Origin: Torpedo marmorata
Lineage: Eukaryota
NCBI GenBank assembly: GCA_977017645.1
Contig: OZ360221.1
Location: forward strand, 204,848,001-204,912,000
DNA: 64,000 nucleotides
Reading direction: 5' to 3'
How positions within the stretch are numbered: position 1 is the stretch's first letter; every line of letters begins with the position of its first letter. The position numbers and the translations under genes are program-made. The notes below the pieces were generated by a model, which was not told where the DNA came from, did not search any database, and saw only the letters and a list, made by a program, of their open reading frames with translations. Shown piece after piece: positions 48,803 through 62,412 of this stretch.

Positions 48803-50183
48803 GAATCAGAATTTATTGTCATGAACAAGTCATGAAATTCGGTGTTTTGCGGCAGCATCATAGTGCAATTAACATTCATATTAACCATTCTAACGACATT
48901 ACTATAAAAAATTATAAACAATAGTGCACGAAAAATAAGGCAGTGTCTTTGGTTCATTGATTATTCAGGAATCTGATGGCAGCGGGGAAGAAGCTGTCCT
49001 TGTGCCGTTGAGTGCTCGTCTTTAGGCTCCTGTACCTTTTCCCCGATGGAAGCAGAGTGAAGAGGGCATGGCCTGGGTGGTGAGGGTCCTTGAGGATAGA
49101 GGCTGCTTTTTTAAGACAATGCCTCATGTAGATGTCCTCAATGGAGTGAAGTTTGGTGCCTGTGATGTCACAGGCCGAGTTAACAACCTTCTGGACTTTA
49201 CTCTTGTCCTGTGAGTTGGCGCCTCCATACCAGGCAGTGATGCAACCAGCCAGAATGCTCTCCACGGTACACCTGTAGAAGTTTACGAGAGTCTTTGGTG
49301 ACATACCGAATCTCCGCAAACACCTCACAAAGTATAGCCGCTGACGAGCCTTCTTTGTGATTGCATCCACGTGGATGCTCCAGGACAGATCCTCGGAGAT
49401 GTTGACACCCAGGAATTTGAAGTTCTTGACCCTCTCCACGACTGAGCCCTCGATGAGGATTGGGTCGTGTTCCCCTGACTTCCTCTGGAAGTCCACAATC
49501 ATCTCCTTGGTTTTGCTGACGTTGAGCTCAAGGTTGTTGTCATTACACCATTCAACGAGCTGATCTATCTCCCTCCTGTACGCTTCCTCATTGCCGTTTG
49601 TGATTCTGCCGACAACTGTGGTGTCATCGGCAAACTTGTATATGGCATTGGAATTGTGCCTGGCCACACAGTCATGAGTGCATAACGAGTAGAGCAGTGG
49701 ACTAAGCACGCAATCAGTAAGGAGGAGACGTTGTTTCCAATTCGTACTGACTGTGGTCTTCCGATGAGAAAGTCAAGGATCCAGTTGCAGAGGGCGGTAC
49801 AGAGGCCTAGAGTTTGTAGCTTCTTGACCAGCACTGAGGGAATAATGGTATTGAAAGCCGAGCTGTAGTCGATGAAGAGCAGGCGTATGTATGAATTGCT
49901 GTTTTCGAGGTGATCCAGAGCTGAGTGGAGAGCCAGCGATATTGCATCTGCTGTGGAGCGGTTGTGGCGATAGGCGAATTGCAGTGGGTCCAGATCTTTG
50001 CTTAGGTATGTGTTAATTCTGGCCATGACCAGCCTCTCAAAGCATTTCATCACAGTAGAAGTTAGTGCTACTGGGCGGTAGTCGTTGAGGCAGCTCACAC
50101 TACTCTTCTTGGGTACTGGGATGATTGATGCCCTTTTGAAGCAGGTGGGAACCTCTGACTGCCGCAATGAGAGGTTAAAAACA
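48803..50183 (-). mobile_element. 5'-truncated copy of the same Rex1-like family as 38300-41581
   Basis: Nearly identical RT and 3' UTR; a small deletion removes TGAPQG, causing a frameshift near 49710. Confidence 0.92.
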
Positions 50184-50216
50184 TCTAGAATAAGAATCAT
50201 GTCTAAAAGAATATAT

Positions 50217-53112
50217 ATATTTCAATGCAAGGAGCATTGTAAGAAAGGTGGATGAGCTTAGAGTATGGATTGATACATGGAAATATGATATTGTAGTCAT
50301 CAGTGAAACTTGGTTGCAGGAGGGGCATGATTGGCAGCAAAATATTCCTGGATTCCATTGTTTTAGGCATGATAGAACAGGGGGATAAAAGGTGGAGGGG
50401 TCGCAGTGCTTGTTAGAGAAACCATTACAGCGGTGCTATGGCAGGATAGATTGGAGGGCTCGTCCAGTGAGGCTATTTGGGTGGAATTGAGGAATGGGAA
50501 AGGCATGAAAACACTAATGGGAGTGTATTATAGACCACCGAATGGGCAGAGGGAATTAGAGGAGGAAATTTGTAAGGAGATAGAATATATGTGTAATAAA
50601 CATAAGGTGATTATAGGTGATTTTAACTTTCCACATATTGACTGGGATGCCCATACTGTAATAGGGCAGGATGGGTTGGAGTTTGTCAAATGTGTTCAGG
50701 AAAGTTTTCTAAATCAATACATAGAAGAACCGACGAGAGAGGGGCAGTATTGGATCTCCTATTTGGGAACGAGATAGGTCAGGTGACAGAGGTTTGTGTT
50801 GGGGAACACTTTGGGTCTAGTGATCATAATACCATTAGTTTTAGGTTGATAATGGAGAAGGATAGGGCTGGGCCTAAGGTTGAGATTCTTGATTGGAATA
50901 AGGCAAATTTCAAGGAGATGAGGAAGGATTTAGAGGGTGTGGATTAGGATATTTTATTTTTAGGAAAGGATGTCACAGATAAATGGAGGATATTCAAAGG
51001 GGAAGTTTTGAGAGTACAGAGTCGGTTCGTCCCTGTGAGGATTAAAGGAAGAGTTAGAAAATATAGGGAGCCTTGGTTTTCAAAGGATATTGGGAATTTG
51101 GTTCGGAGGAAGAGGGATGTGTCCAACAGGTATAGACAGCAGGGAATAGATGAGATCCTTGAGGAATATAAGGAGTGTTTAAAAAAAATAAAAAAAATAA
51201 AAAAAAAAAATAAAAAAAAATCTTAAGAAAGAAATTAAAAAGGCTAAAAGGAGATATGAGGCTGCTTTGGCAGGCAAGGTAAAAATAAATCCAAAGGGTT
51301 TCTACAGGTACATTAAAAGCAAAAGAATAGTGAGGGATAAAATTGGGCCCATTGAGGATCAGACGGGTAGGCTATGTGAGAAGTCAGAGGAGATGGGGGA
51401 GATTTTAAATGAATTTTTTTTTTTTCCAGTATTTACAGAGGAAAGGAATATTGAGCCAGATGAGGTAAGGAAATCTGGCAGTGAGGTCATGGATAATATA
51501 AAGATTAATGAGGAGGTAGTATTGGCTATTTTAAAGAGTATAAAGGTGGATAAATCTCCAGGTCCTGACAGGATATTCCCGAGGACCCTGAGGGAGGTTA
51601 GTGTACAAATAGTGGGGACTCTGACAGAAATATTTAAAATGACACTAGCCACGGGGGAGGTGCCGGAGGATTGGAGGGTAGCTCATGTTGTCCCGCTGTT
51701 TAAGAAGGGCTCCAAAAGTAAACCTGGAAATTATAGGTCTGTGAGTCTGACATCGGTGGTAGGTAAATTAATGGAGAGTCTTCTTAGAGATGGTGTATAC
51801 AGTTATTTGGAAAGACAAGCATTGCTTAGGAGTAGTCAACACGGTTTTGTTCGTGGTAGATCATGTTTGATAAATCTCATAGTTTTTCGATGAGGTTACT
51901 AAGAGGGTTGAACAGGGGAAGACTGTGGATGTTGTCTATATGGACTTTAGTAAGGCATTTGACGAGGTTCCGCATAAGAGGCTCGTTAGGAAGGTTCAAG
52001 CATTAGGTATTAACGACGAAGTAGTGAAATGGATTCAACAATGGTTGGATAGGAGATGCCAGAGAGTAGTGGTGGAAAATTGTTTGTCAAATTGGAGGCT
52101 GGTGACTAGTGGAGTGCCTCAGGGATCGGTACTGGGTCCATTGTTGTTTGTCATATATATTAATGATCTAGATGATAGGGTGGTAAATTGGATTAGTAAG
52201 TATGCAGATGATACGAAGATTGGTGGTGTGGACAGTGAAGAGAGATATCAAAGCTTATAGGGGGATATAGGACAGTTAGAAGAGTGGGCGGAAACATGGC
52301 AGATGGAGTTTAATACTGATAAATGTGAGGTGCTACATTTTGGTAGGATTAATCAGCAAAGGTCATGCATGTTAAATGGAAGACAATTGAGAAGTGCAGT
52401 AGAGCAGAGGGATTTAGGAATTCTGGTACATAATTCCCTGAAAGTTGAGTCACACGTAGATAGGGTGGTGAAGAAAGCATTTGTTATGTTGGCCTTCATA
52501 AATCAGAGTATTGAATATAGGAGTTGGGATGTCATGTTGAAGTTGTATAAGGCATTGGTGAGGCCAAATTTGGAATATTGTGCGCAGTTTTGGTCGCCGA
52601 ATTATAGGAAGGATATAAACAGAATAGAGAGAGTGCAGAGGAGATTTACTAGAATGTTGCCTGGGTTTCTGGGTTTGAGTTATAGAGAAAGGTTGAACAG
52701 GCTGGGACTTTATTCCCTGGAACGTAGAAGGTTGAGGGGTGATTTGATAGAGGTATTTAAAATTATGAAGGGGAAAGATAAAGTCAATGTGGACAGGCTT
52801 TTTCCATTGAGAGTGGGGAAGATTCAAACAAGAGGGCATGGATTGAGATTGAAGGAGAAAAAGTTTAGAGGAAACATGAGGGGGAATTTCTTCACTCAGA
52901 GGGTGGTGGGAGGGTGGAACGAGCTTCCTGCCGAAGTGGTAGATGCAGGTTCAATTTTAATGTTTAAGGAAAAGTTGGATAGGTATATGGATGAGAGAGG
53001 TGTGGAGGGTTATGGGCCGGGTGCGGGTCAGTGGGACTAGGTGGGAGAATGTGTTCGGCATAGACTAGAAGGGCTGAACTGGCCTGTTTCTGTGTTGTAA
53101 ATGTTATATGGT
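50217..53112 (+). mobile_element. CR1 LINE, nearly complete ORF2, frameshifted
   Basis: SETWL, GVYYRPP, GDFNFP, KSPGPD, GVPQGSVLGP, KYADDTK, LVRPNLEYC; A-rich insert at 51181-51220. Confidence 0.9.
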
Positions 53113-56100
53113 TAAAAGAATAGTTTTTTCTTTTGGATTCAACTTCCTCCAAATATCTATTAAATTCAAATCTTTCATCAAAGTAAGAATTATTTTAGCA
53201 GTTTTAGTTCTAATAATTGATTTCGATGTTTTATTCATTATTGGATCTAAACAACAATTAAAATCTCCACCAATTAAAAATATTTGCTTCTGACAAGTGC
53301 ATTAAAAAATCTTGAATAAATTGTTCATCTTCCATATTTGGCACATATATATTCATACGTGTCCACATTTCTGAATATATTTGACAATTTATTAAAACAA
53401 ATCTTCCTGCACCATCTATAACCACAGATTGTATTTTAATAGGTAACTTTTTATTAATTAATATAGCAACTCCTTTTGCTTTGGAATTAAATGAAGACGC
53501 CACCTCTTGACCAACCCATTTTCTTTTCAACTTCTGATGTTCTATTTCTGTCAAATGTGTCTCTTGTAAAAAAAGCTATATCAACTTTTAACTTTTAAAT
53601 ATATGCTAAAGTTTTCTTCCTTTTAATCGGATTATTTAGCCCATTTATATTGATACTTACTACATTTATTGATTTACTATCCGCCATTTCTAATATTTAA
53701 TAAATCTCTCTATCCGACCGACCAGTTCCCCCTTCCACATTTGTAATATATTTGACATCTCCTTAGAAAAGGAAGAAATTTAAAAAAATTAAATATCCCA
53801 CTTTTTTTTTTTTAAAAAGAGAAAAAAAAATATAATAATACTGGTATATTTACACCAGTACTACCACCCTTTACTGTTCGGGAAGTGGCCCTCACCTCTA
53901 AGGTGACGTGTGGTTAGGTACGGAGAAGACAAAAAGTCAACCCCCCCCCCCCCAAACAGATTTTACATAACATTTGCTATCGTTTCTTCATCCCAATCCA
54001 GCATTTTCCAGATCTCTTAACTTGATCCTCATCTATTTCGACTACATCTTCTTGTCCTGAAGTTATTTGAAATTTCTCTCTTGTTGGAAACAAATCCTGA
54101 GTCGGTTCCATAATAACTTGAGGTTGCCCAATCAATTCTTGATCTTTCTTTAAATTCAGGAGTGAATTCGCATACTTCAAAGCTTCTTGATGATCATTAA
54201 AAAAAGATGACTGATTCTCTCCAGACTGTACCTTCAATGTCGCAGGATATCTAAATGAAAATTTATATCCTTTGTTCCAAAAAATTGCTTTAGCTGGGTT
54301 AAATTCTTTTCGTTTTTTAATTATTGCTGCGCTTCGATCAGCATAAAAAAATACCCTATTTTTATTGATCGTCAATAGACCTTGGTTCTTTCTTGCGTTT
54401 TGAACAGCTAATCTCAGTATCTTCTTCCTGGTAACGAAGACATCTAATTAACACTGAGCGTGGCATTTGTCCAGGATATGGTTTCCTTCTGTTATCTCTA
54501 TGGGTTCTATCTAATTGAAGTCCATTTGGAAAATATTCACTACCCAAAATTTTTGGAATCCAATTTTGAAAGAATTCAGTTGAATTTATACCTTTATAAT
54601 CTTCGGGCAATCCCACAATTTTAACATTATTTCTCCAACTATGATTCTCCAATGTATCTATTTTTTGTAAAAGTTCATTTCTTTGTTGCTCCCAGCCTGT
54701 AAATGAGTCTTCCACTTTATCCACTCTATCTTTACAGTCCACCATTTCTTCATGATGTTCTTTAACATCCTTTTCAATTTTCTGGACTTTCAATATTACT
54801 TTGTCCACAGTATTTGTATATTTTTTTCATGTTTAATATCTTTCATTTCATTAAATCTGTATTCCATGCGTTGATTCATTATTGACACTTGTTTTGTTAA
54901 ATTATCCATAGCTTGAATAAAAGTAGCTGATATTTCTTGTTTACCTTGAAGTATTTGAGCTTCCTCTCCTCCACTTATTTCTTCTTCCTCTCCCTCCATC
55001 TCTTCTGTTTCTCCCTCCACCATATATTTCTTTCTCTCTCCTTTTGACCTCTGATTCCGTTGATGACAATTCTTGTCCAGCATCATATTGGAATGATTGA
55101 AGGACTCTTCTTTTGCTGTCAACTAGCGTTGACAGCTCCTGTTCTTTTTCGCGCATGCGCGTAATGACGCGCATGCGCGGTGGTTCACTCTCCTGTTGTA
55201 GTTCCTTAGTCTTCCTTTGTGCTCCAGTGCCATCTTCCCCAGCTCCCCGGGAAGGTGGCGCTGCAGTTACTTTGACCGTCTTTGTCTGCGTCGTCCTGGG
55301 AGGGAGAGAATCTTGATCCTGCAGCTCCATCACTGAGGTAGGCCCAACTTCTTGAATTACATTTTATTTAAGGACTATTTTCTTTGACTTTTGTTCTTTC
55401 CCTTTTCTTGTAGACATTCTTCAGTAGTTAACAAACTATCTTAAATTATTTAATAACCAAATAGTTTTTTAGTACAGTTTTTGATTAATTCTGTTGGGAG
55501 AGGTGTATTCCCATGTCTCCAGCCTGCACCATCATGCCACGCCCCCCTTGTGTATATTTGTGTTAGTATAGTGATACCCACATCCCTCCACCTCTTTCTG
55601 TAAACTAAGTGATGTTGTCCCTGATCTGTGTCGAGATCGTAGCAAAAGGGATGAGTTTTTAATGTTTAAAGTAGTAATGTTAACGAACATGGGTGATAAG
55701 ATAGTTTACTGGTATGCTTGTATCCTTCAATAAAGGAGGTTTGACATCCTAATTGCCTGCTGTACTGTACATAAACTTTCAGTGATTTCAAATACAAGGA
55801 CACTCTGATTGTTCTGAACACCTGCACCTTTCAATTTTTCACCACTTAAAATACCCTACATTTCTATTTTCTTACCAAGAAAATTACATATTTCCACAAT
55901 ATTCTGTCTGCCATGTCCTTAGCCATTCACATAGGCTATATCTTGTGGCCTCTTGATATTTTCTTCCGGGCTCTCACACGTAACTTCTCTGTAGTTCCCG
56001 ATTTTATTTTCCCTCCTTTCTTCAATAGTTACATTTTCTCCCTCAAAATCCATTGGAGCCATTGAAGAATTGATGGAATTTCAAAAGATGACATCAGGTG

Positions 56101-56659
56101 CACTCACCATCTCGATTGCCTGTAATTGTATCCTGAGGATTTATTAGCTTTCAGTCTCATTAATTCAATGCTTCTGTTCAAACGAATGTGAATTTCTTTC
56201 AGCATCTCTGTTCTCCACTATATCTAGATGTTGGTTTGTCGTCTTCTCCAGAGACAAACAAAAAAAACTTGTTTAAGCCCTCTGCCAATTCCTTATTCCT
56301 TCATATTTTTTTCATTCATGGCCTATAAGTGATCCATCTTAACTTTTGCTATATTTTTTACCTTTTTGTAGTTGTGTATGAGATTTTAGTTTTTGTTTTG
56401 CTTCCTGCTGGAACGGTATGCTGACATGATTGTGTAACATTGATGATAAACTTTCCCAAAACTAACATTTTACTTTATGGAAATGTCAGCAACATTTGAC
56501 ATAGTTTAAATGTGTAATTGCAAGCATCTTCATTTACTTTTTTTCTAAATCTTGGAGGCTAGATGAACTGAGTACCAATGACCCACCTGCCTGCCCCCCA
56601 CAGAAAATTACAATACAGACCGTTTCCTAGGATCGCAACACCTACCCTCCTGTAACGTG

Positions 56660-57290
56660 GAGGTCACCTGCAACACAGAAAATCTGAAATCTATTTTTTT
56701 TCGACCATCAATAATTGATCAATTTTTCTCTATGGTAAATCAATGGTATTGTTTCTTTTGCAAATTTATTTAAGGAAGGTTGTTTAATGGCTTTTGAACA
56801 GCTTGCAAGTAAAATATGACTTACCAAATACTCATTATTTTAGATATTTACAGATTAGAAATTTCTTAAATATCATATTATGGGATTTTCCATTTATATA
56901 TCCACCAGATTTAGTTGATAATATTTTTCAATTGAATCCTTCCCAGAAAGGATTAATTGGAATTATATATGATAGATTATTAAAATTACTTCCAGTACTT
57001 CATAAGATTAAAAAGGCTTGGGAACTGGAACTAGCAAGACCCTTATCTGAGGATCTATGGGACAAGATTTTTAAATTGGTAAATACATCTTCTATATGTG
57101 CCCGACATTCATTAATCCAATTCAAAGTGGTGCATCGTGTTCACATGTCCAAAGATAAATTGGCTAGTATTTTTTCTAATATTAACCATATTTGTGACAG
57201 ATGCAAATCTGAAATTGCTACGTTGACACATGTTTTGGTCTTGTTCATCCTTAGAAAATTATTGTAAAGAAATTTTTAATATCTTTTCAA
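56660..57290 (+). mobile_element. L1-clade fragment
   Basis: HYFRYLQIRNF, SICARHSLIQFKVVHR, CDRC. Confidence 0.8.
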
Positions 57291-57867
57291 CTATACTCCA
57301 GATGGAGCTTTCTTTCTAAGCAAATTTGTGAGAGGGAGCGCAAGATCATCAAAGTTTTTACAGAACTTGCGGTAGTAGCCAATCATTCCCAGGAACCTCC
57401 TCAGAGTTTTCTTACCAGTTGGAACAGGGAACTCGGAAATAGTCAAAACCTTTGCCTCTACTGGCGCCAACTGCCCCTGTCCTACTACATAACTCAGAGA
57501 ATTAACAGTCCCATGACCCTCTCTGAAACTGGCTTTATCTGTCTCCTCCTTACCCCTGTCAATAACCAGTCCCTCTGGTAAATGTTCAGTCTCTTTGTGT
57601 GGCACCTGTTCAAAATATGGCTTAATCATATTCACATGACAGACCTGTGTGTCTCGTCTGCGATTAGGTGTTTCTATGATATAGGTGACATCATTAATTT
57701 TTGACTTAACTCTATAGGGTCCTGAAAATCTAGCCCTAAGAGGATTTGAATGGATGGGAAACAGAACTAATACGTTCTCACCAGGTTTAAAAGTTCTCAT
57801 CTTTGCCTTTCGATCATACCAAACCTTCATTCTCTGTTGAGTGGCCTTTAAATTCTCCTTTGCCATC

Positions 57868-59586
57868 TCAAGCCCTATGTAACTGATCCTTAAATTTGGA
57901 AACATAATCTAACAGATTTAAATGCACATCACTATTAATCCACTGTTCTTTTAATAATCTTAAAGGACCTCTCATCTCATGTCCGAAAACTAACTTGAAT
58001 GGACTAAAACCAAGTGATTCTTGGATAGACTCCCTCGCTGCAAATAACAACAAATGAAACCCCTCATCCCAATCCTCTTCCTTTTCACAACAATAGGTTC
58101 TAATCATGTTTTTCAAAGTCGAATGGAACCTCTCCAAGGCCCCTTGACTTTCTGGATGGTACGCAGAGGATACAATCTGTTTAACTCCTAGTCCATCAAC
58201 CACTTGTTGGAAAACGCCTGACATGAAATTACTGCCCTGATCTGATTGAATTTCTCTTGGCAAACCTACCAAGGTGAAAAACTTTGCTTTAATGTTTCTC
58301 AGAGGAATGGCCTCTGGAAATCTGGTGGCTGCACACATAATTGTTAACAAATACTCATTCCCCGTTTTGGTTTTGGGCAATGGGCCAACACAGTCCACAA
58401 TTACTCTCGAGAAAGGCTCACTGAAAGCAGGGATAGGTTGCAAGGGTGCCACCGGGGGACCCTGATTAGGTTTACCCACCACCTGACAAGTGTGACAGGC
58501 CTGGCAAAAGCTTACAACCTCCCTTCTCAAATTGGGCCAATAAAATTGTTTCATTATCTTCCTTATAGTTTTCTTCACCCCAAGGTGACCACCTAAGGGT
58601 GTACTATGAGCCAAAGTTATTATTGCATTCCTATATACTTTAGGGATCACAACCTGCTGCACTACTGCCCATTCTTCATTGGCAGGAACATCACATGGTC
58701 TCCACTTTCTCATCAACACCCCATCTTTTTCATAATAACCCACTGGCACCTTTTTAATCTCCTCTTCAGAGAGAACCTTATCCCTCACCTCAGCAAGATC
58801 AGGATCGTCCTTTTGCCTTGCTATTAGCTCCTGTCGGGATAGTGACAAATCTGTGCCTTTAGGTGTCTTATCAGTGGATGGGTGTAACACAGAAGATTGC
58901 TCAACCTTTTCCAGGTTTTCTTGATTATCACTGTCTTTTTCTTTCACCATGTTATTTTCCACTGCCTTCTCTACAGTGAGATTTTTCTTAGACATGGCCC
59001 TGGTTATGCCACATGCTGGATAAATATCAGAGTCTTTCTCTGACTTCTCAATGACTGGCTTAGTGGTCATTCGCACTGCAGGAACTACTTTACCCTTGGC
59101 CAAGTCATTGCCTAACAACAGTGAGACTCCTTCTACTGGCAACTCTGATCTCACTCCTATTATAACAGGTCCTTCCACCAAGTCTGAGTCCAACACTATT
59201 TTGTGCAAAGGAATGGACTCAACATCACCACCAATTCCTTTAATTAAATTTATGTCACCGGTGTCAGTAGCTTCACAAATTTCCAAGACACTATCTAATA
59301 CAAGTGACTGAGCAGCTCCAGTATCTCGCAAGATTTTCACTGGAACTTGTTTTGATCCTGCCTTAACTGAAACAAAACCATCAGTCACAAAAGGTTTAAA
59401 TACATCTTTAACTTTGTCAGTAAATTTATCTCCTTCCTGGGTGTTATGCCTCTTCTCACTCTGAATACAAGCATTAGGTGTTGCATCCTTTTCTCTCTTC
59501 TTTTTCAACACTGGACAGCTTGCTAGCATATGACCAGCCTTCCTACAGTAGTGGCAAATGGGACCCGAATGGTTTTCCCTTTCCAC
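57868..59586 (-). CDS. Gmr1-type protease-integrase open frame (572 aa)
   Basis: Continuous frame from the zinc knuckle through the integrase DDE core. Confidence 0.75.
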   Translation of the reverse strand: MERENHSGPICHYCRKAGHMLASCPVLKKKREKDATPNACIQSEKRHNTQEGDKFTDKVKDVFKPFVTDGFVSVKAGSKQVPVKILRDTGAAQSLVLDSVLEICEATDTGDINLIKGIGGDVESIPLHKIVLDSDLVEGPVIIGVRSELPVEGVSLLLGNDLAKGKVVPAVRMTTKPVIEKSEKDSDIYPACGITRAMSKKNLTVEKAVENNMVKEKDSDNQENLEKVEQSSVLHPSTDKTPKGTDLSLSRQELIARQKDDPDLAEVRDKVLSEEEIKKVPVGYYEKDGVLMRKWRPCDVPANEEWAVVQQVVIPKVYRNAIITLAHSTPLGGHLGVKKTIRKIMKQFYWPNLRREVVSFCQACHTCQVVGKPNQGPPVAPLQPIPAFSEPFSRVIVDCVGPLPKTKTGNEYLLTIMCAATRFPEAIPLRNIKAKFFTLVGLPREIQSDQGSNFMSGVFQQVVDGLGVKQIVSSAYHPESQGALERFHSTLKNMIRTYCCEKEEDWDEGFHLLLFAARESIQESLGFSPFKLVFGHEMRGPLRLLKEQWINSDVHLNLLDYVSKFKDQLHRA

Positions 59587-61531
59587 TTTCCTTCATCCCT
59601 TTCCTTAACACCACTTCCAAATTTACTTTCCACTTGCTTCTGATTATCCACAGTGACCTTTTGGAAAATTCTGCCTGACGTCCACTTAGGCTTGTGGGTT
59701 AAAGCATATTCATCTGCTAACTTACCTGAATTTTGCCAAGTTTTCACCTCCTTTTCATCTAAGTATGCCTTAATATCCTCAGGAACACACCTTTTTATCT
59801 CCTCGATTATTATCAATTCTCTCAATTGATTGTAATCATGGTTTACTTCCTTAGATGTGCACCACCTGTCAAAACACACAACCTTCTCATAGGCAAACTC
59901 TGTATAAGATTGGGTTGCTGATCTTTTTAAATTTCTAAACTTCTGTCTATAAGCCTCTGGAACTAACTCATAAGCCTGGAGATAGCCTTTTTCACTGTTT
60001 CACAATCAGCAGCTTGCTCCGTGGTAAGAGTAGAATAAGCTTGCTGAGCTTTTCCTTTTATTACACTTTGTAACATAAGAGACCATTGACCTTGTGGCCA
60101 TTTTAATTTCACAGCCACCTTCTCAAAATGTTGGAAGTACTTATCTATTTCTGCCTCCTCAAATGGAGCAACCAACCTAACTTCTCTACTAGCCAAAAAC
60201 CCCTCAGCAGGATGACGAATTTGATCTTGGTGCTCTTCTTGTCCCCTCTCATTTTCCAACTTCATCTTTTCCAGCTCATATTTCCTATTTTTCTGATCGT
60301 TCTCTAAGTCTAATTTATTTTGTTCCAATTCCATGTCAAATTTCTTTTGTTCCAATTCCGTGTCTAATTTCTTTTGTTCCCTGGCTGCCTCCAATTCTAA
60401 TTTCTTTTGTTCCCTGTCTGCCTCCAATTTCTTTTGTTCCAATTCCAATTTCTTTATTTCCAATTGTATGTTTTCAGAAGGTTTACCCTTGGGAAACTGC
60501 TCTCACAGGCTCCCCTCAAATTTTTTTTTCTTTTATATAGTATTTGAGAATTTTTCTCCCAATCTCTGCCCTTTTCATAGATGCTTTTACAGAAGCAATG
60601 CCCCACCCTGTTGCTATAGCCACTAACTGTTCCTTTTTCGCCTTTTTTAAAGCATCAGGTTCAGGTGATTCCAAAAAATGTTCTACATCCATTGTTGCTG
60701 GTTTTTCATTACACACACGCTAGCTTTTAATTAGCTTTACAAAAGGAATGTCTTAAACCAAACTGGGATTCCTTCAATTACCAAATGGATTTTGATTCAA
60801 ATCCCGGACGAGCCCCCAATTTTACTACAAAATCAAACCAGCAACGACAGAAGATGCAATGCAAAAGGGGTAAAATTGAAATTATTATTTATTAAACACA
60901 AGTAAACATATAATTTCACAACAATTAACCCCACTATAAACGTCAATAAACACTATTCTTATCTAAAAGGTGTGTGTGTGTAAAGCCCAGACCATTACAG
61001 TCTGTGCCCAACCCTTATGTAAAAATGGAAAAACTTTCCCCAAAAAACCCCAGGTCAGTCATAAAAACAAGTCAGTCAACAAAAAGAATAATACAGTCCA
61101 CAAAAATTCACTCTCAGTTCAGGTTTCAAATTCAGCTCTGTGTGCTGGTAGAAGTACTTCTGAATGAACGATGGAGAGAGACAATGACTGTTTATGCTTA
61201 CAAATACTTGGCTTGTTTTTCTTCTTTGATGACGTTCCCTTCTTGTGTTTTCATAAGGATTGCGAATTCAGATCAGTATACCACTGGTTTAGGCGTGTGC
61301 TTGGATCTCACAGCTGGTCTCGCTGATCTCACGCCTGTTCTCCACAAAAGTTGCTTTACCTCAGAATTTCTCTGAGACAGGAGGCCATGTGCTATTCTTC
61401 CAGCCTTTTCTCTGGGATGCACAAGCCTGGATTTGGCTGTGCTCTCCAGCCTTTGCAACTCCAATCTGCCTGCTTTTTTCATAGGTCTGCACCTGCTTTT
61501 GCAAAAGTGCAACAAAGTATCTTTTCCACAG

Positions 61532-61535
<4 letters not shown>

Positions 61536-61568
<33 letters not shown>
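61536..61568. repeat. (CT)n microsatellite within the Gypsy LTR
   Basis: Seen directly. Confidence 0.95.
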
Positions 61569-61570
<2 letters not shown>

Positions 61571-62194
61571 GTACACCAAGTCCTGGGCAAGTTAACTCTT
61601 TCAGTACCTGGTCCCAGTGTATACTCCAAAAGACTTCATCCTTCCTGCTGACCGTCCGCAGTCCAAATGGTCAGTCATGGTCCATAACAATATACTTAAG
61701 CAAACTGATTAGCATAGATATTCCATCTGCTGAAATAGGAGTGATAGCTTTTGTTTCTCTCATTTTGCACTTTTTGTCTGCTCTGAACAGTTTCTATTCA
61801 CAAAACAATTACCGGTAATTGGCAGTTGAATGCATGTTTCTCAGCAGCAGACATTTTTTAAATAAATAAATAAATAAAATTTTAAACGCACAACCTAAAT
61901 ATTTCTAAATGTATTATTTCATTTCTGATTACATGTAGAGTTGGCTGCACTTAGTTATAATGTTTAACCTAAATTTGAAATATCAAACAATCATAATTAA
62001 TGAAATGCATTTGATTAGTTATTTGCACTTTGGTTGAATGTACTACTTTATACATCCTGTTTATTGACATACCACTGAAGTATCATGTTTCTGCACCTGA
62101 AATTTAACATGATACACCTGTAACTGATCTACCAAGCCCATGAGTGCCATATTGGGGAAATTTATTTTAAATGTTTAAATTTTCAATTTTATTT

Positions 62195-62412
62195 ACAGCA
62201 CGGTCGAAGCTGATTCTAGCCATTTAAACCTGTGCTGCCCAATTACACCCAAATTAACCTACAATCCTTTACGTTTTGGATGGTGGGAGGAAACCAGAGC
62301 ACCCGGACATGGGAAGGACATACAAACTCCTTACAGACAGTGCTAGATTTGAACCAGGGTCGCTAGTGCTGTGATAGCGTTGTGCTAGCTGCTATGCTAA
62401 ACATGCCGCCCT
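62195..62412 (-). mobile_element. tRNA-derived V-SINE
   Basis: Same family as 24275-24499 (A box TAGCATAGCAG, B box-like GGTTCAAATCT). Confidence 0.75.

Larger units (their letters stand above)
48380..55547 (-). mobile_element. L1-clade 5' half (5' UTR, ORF1, ORF2 endonuclease), split into three pieces by CR1 and Rex insertions
   Basis: Start GGGGGCGTGGC near 55547; ORF1 LENHSWRNNVKIVGLPE..YPATLKV; ORF2 from ~53686 (NINGLNNPIKR..SKAKGVAIL). A 50184-50216 sliver reads RHDSYSR, and 48800-48380 continues with ISDHSPL. Confidence 0.85.
57291..61810 (-). mobile_element. Gmr1-type Ty3/Gypsy element (LTR, tRNA-Pro PBS, SCAN-like gag, PR, IN before RT), RT core deleted, 3' truncated
   Basis: PBS TGGGGGCTCGTCCGGGAT at 60818-60801; SCAN-like LRELIIIEEIKRCVP; CHYC knuckle; LRDTGAAQS; HHCC (GGHLG..CHTC); rve (DCVGP, SDQG, ALERFH); GPY; then late-RT RRFLGMIGYYRKF. 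The LTR outer end is approximate. Confidence 0.88.

Noticed and set aside
60801-60818. tRNA-like sequences here and at 11278 and 29410 as tRNA genes
   Set aside because: They are only 13-18-nt complements of tRNA 3' ends, i.e. primer-binding sites.
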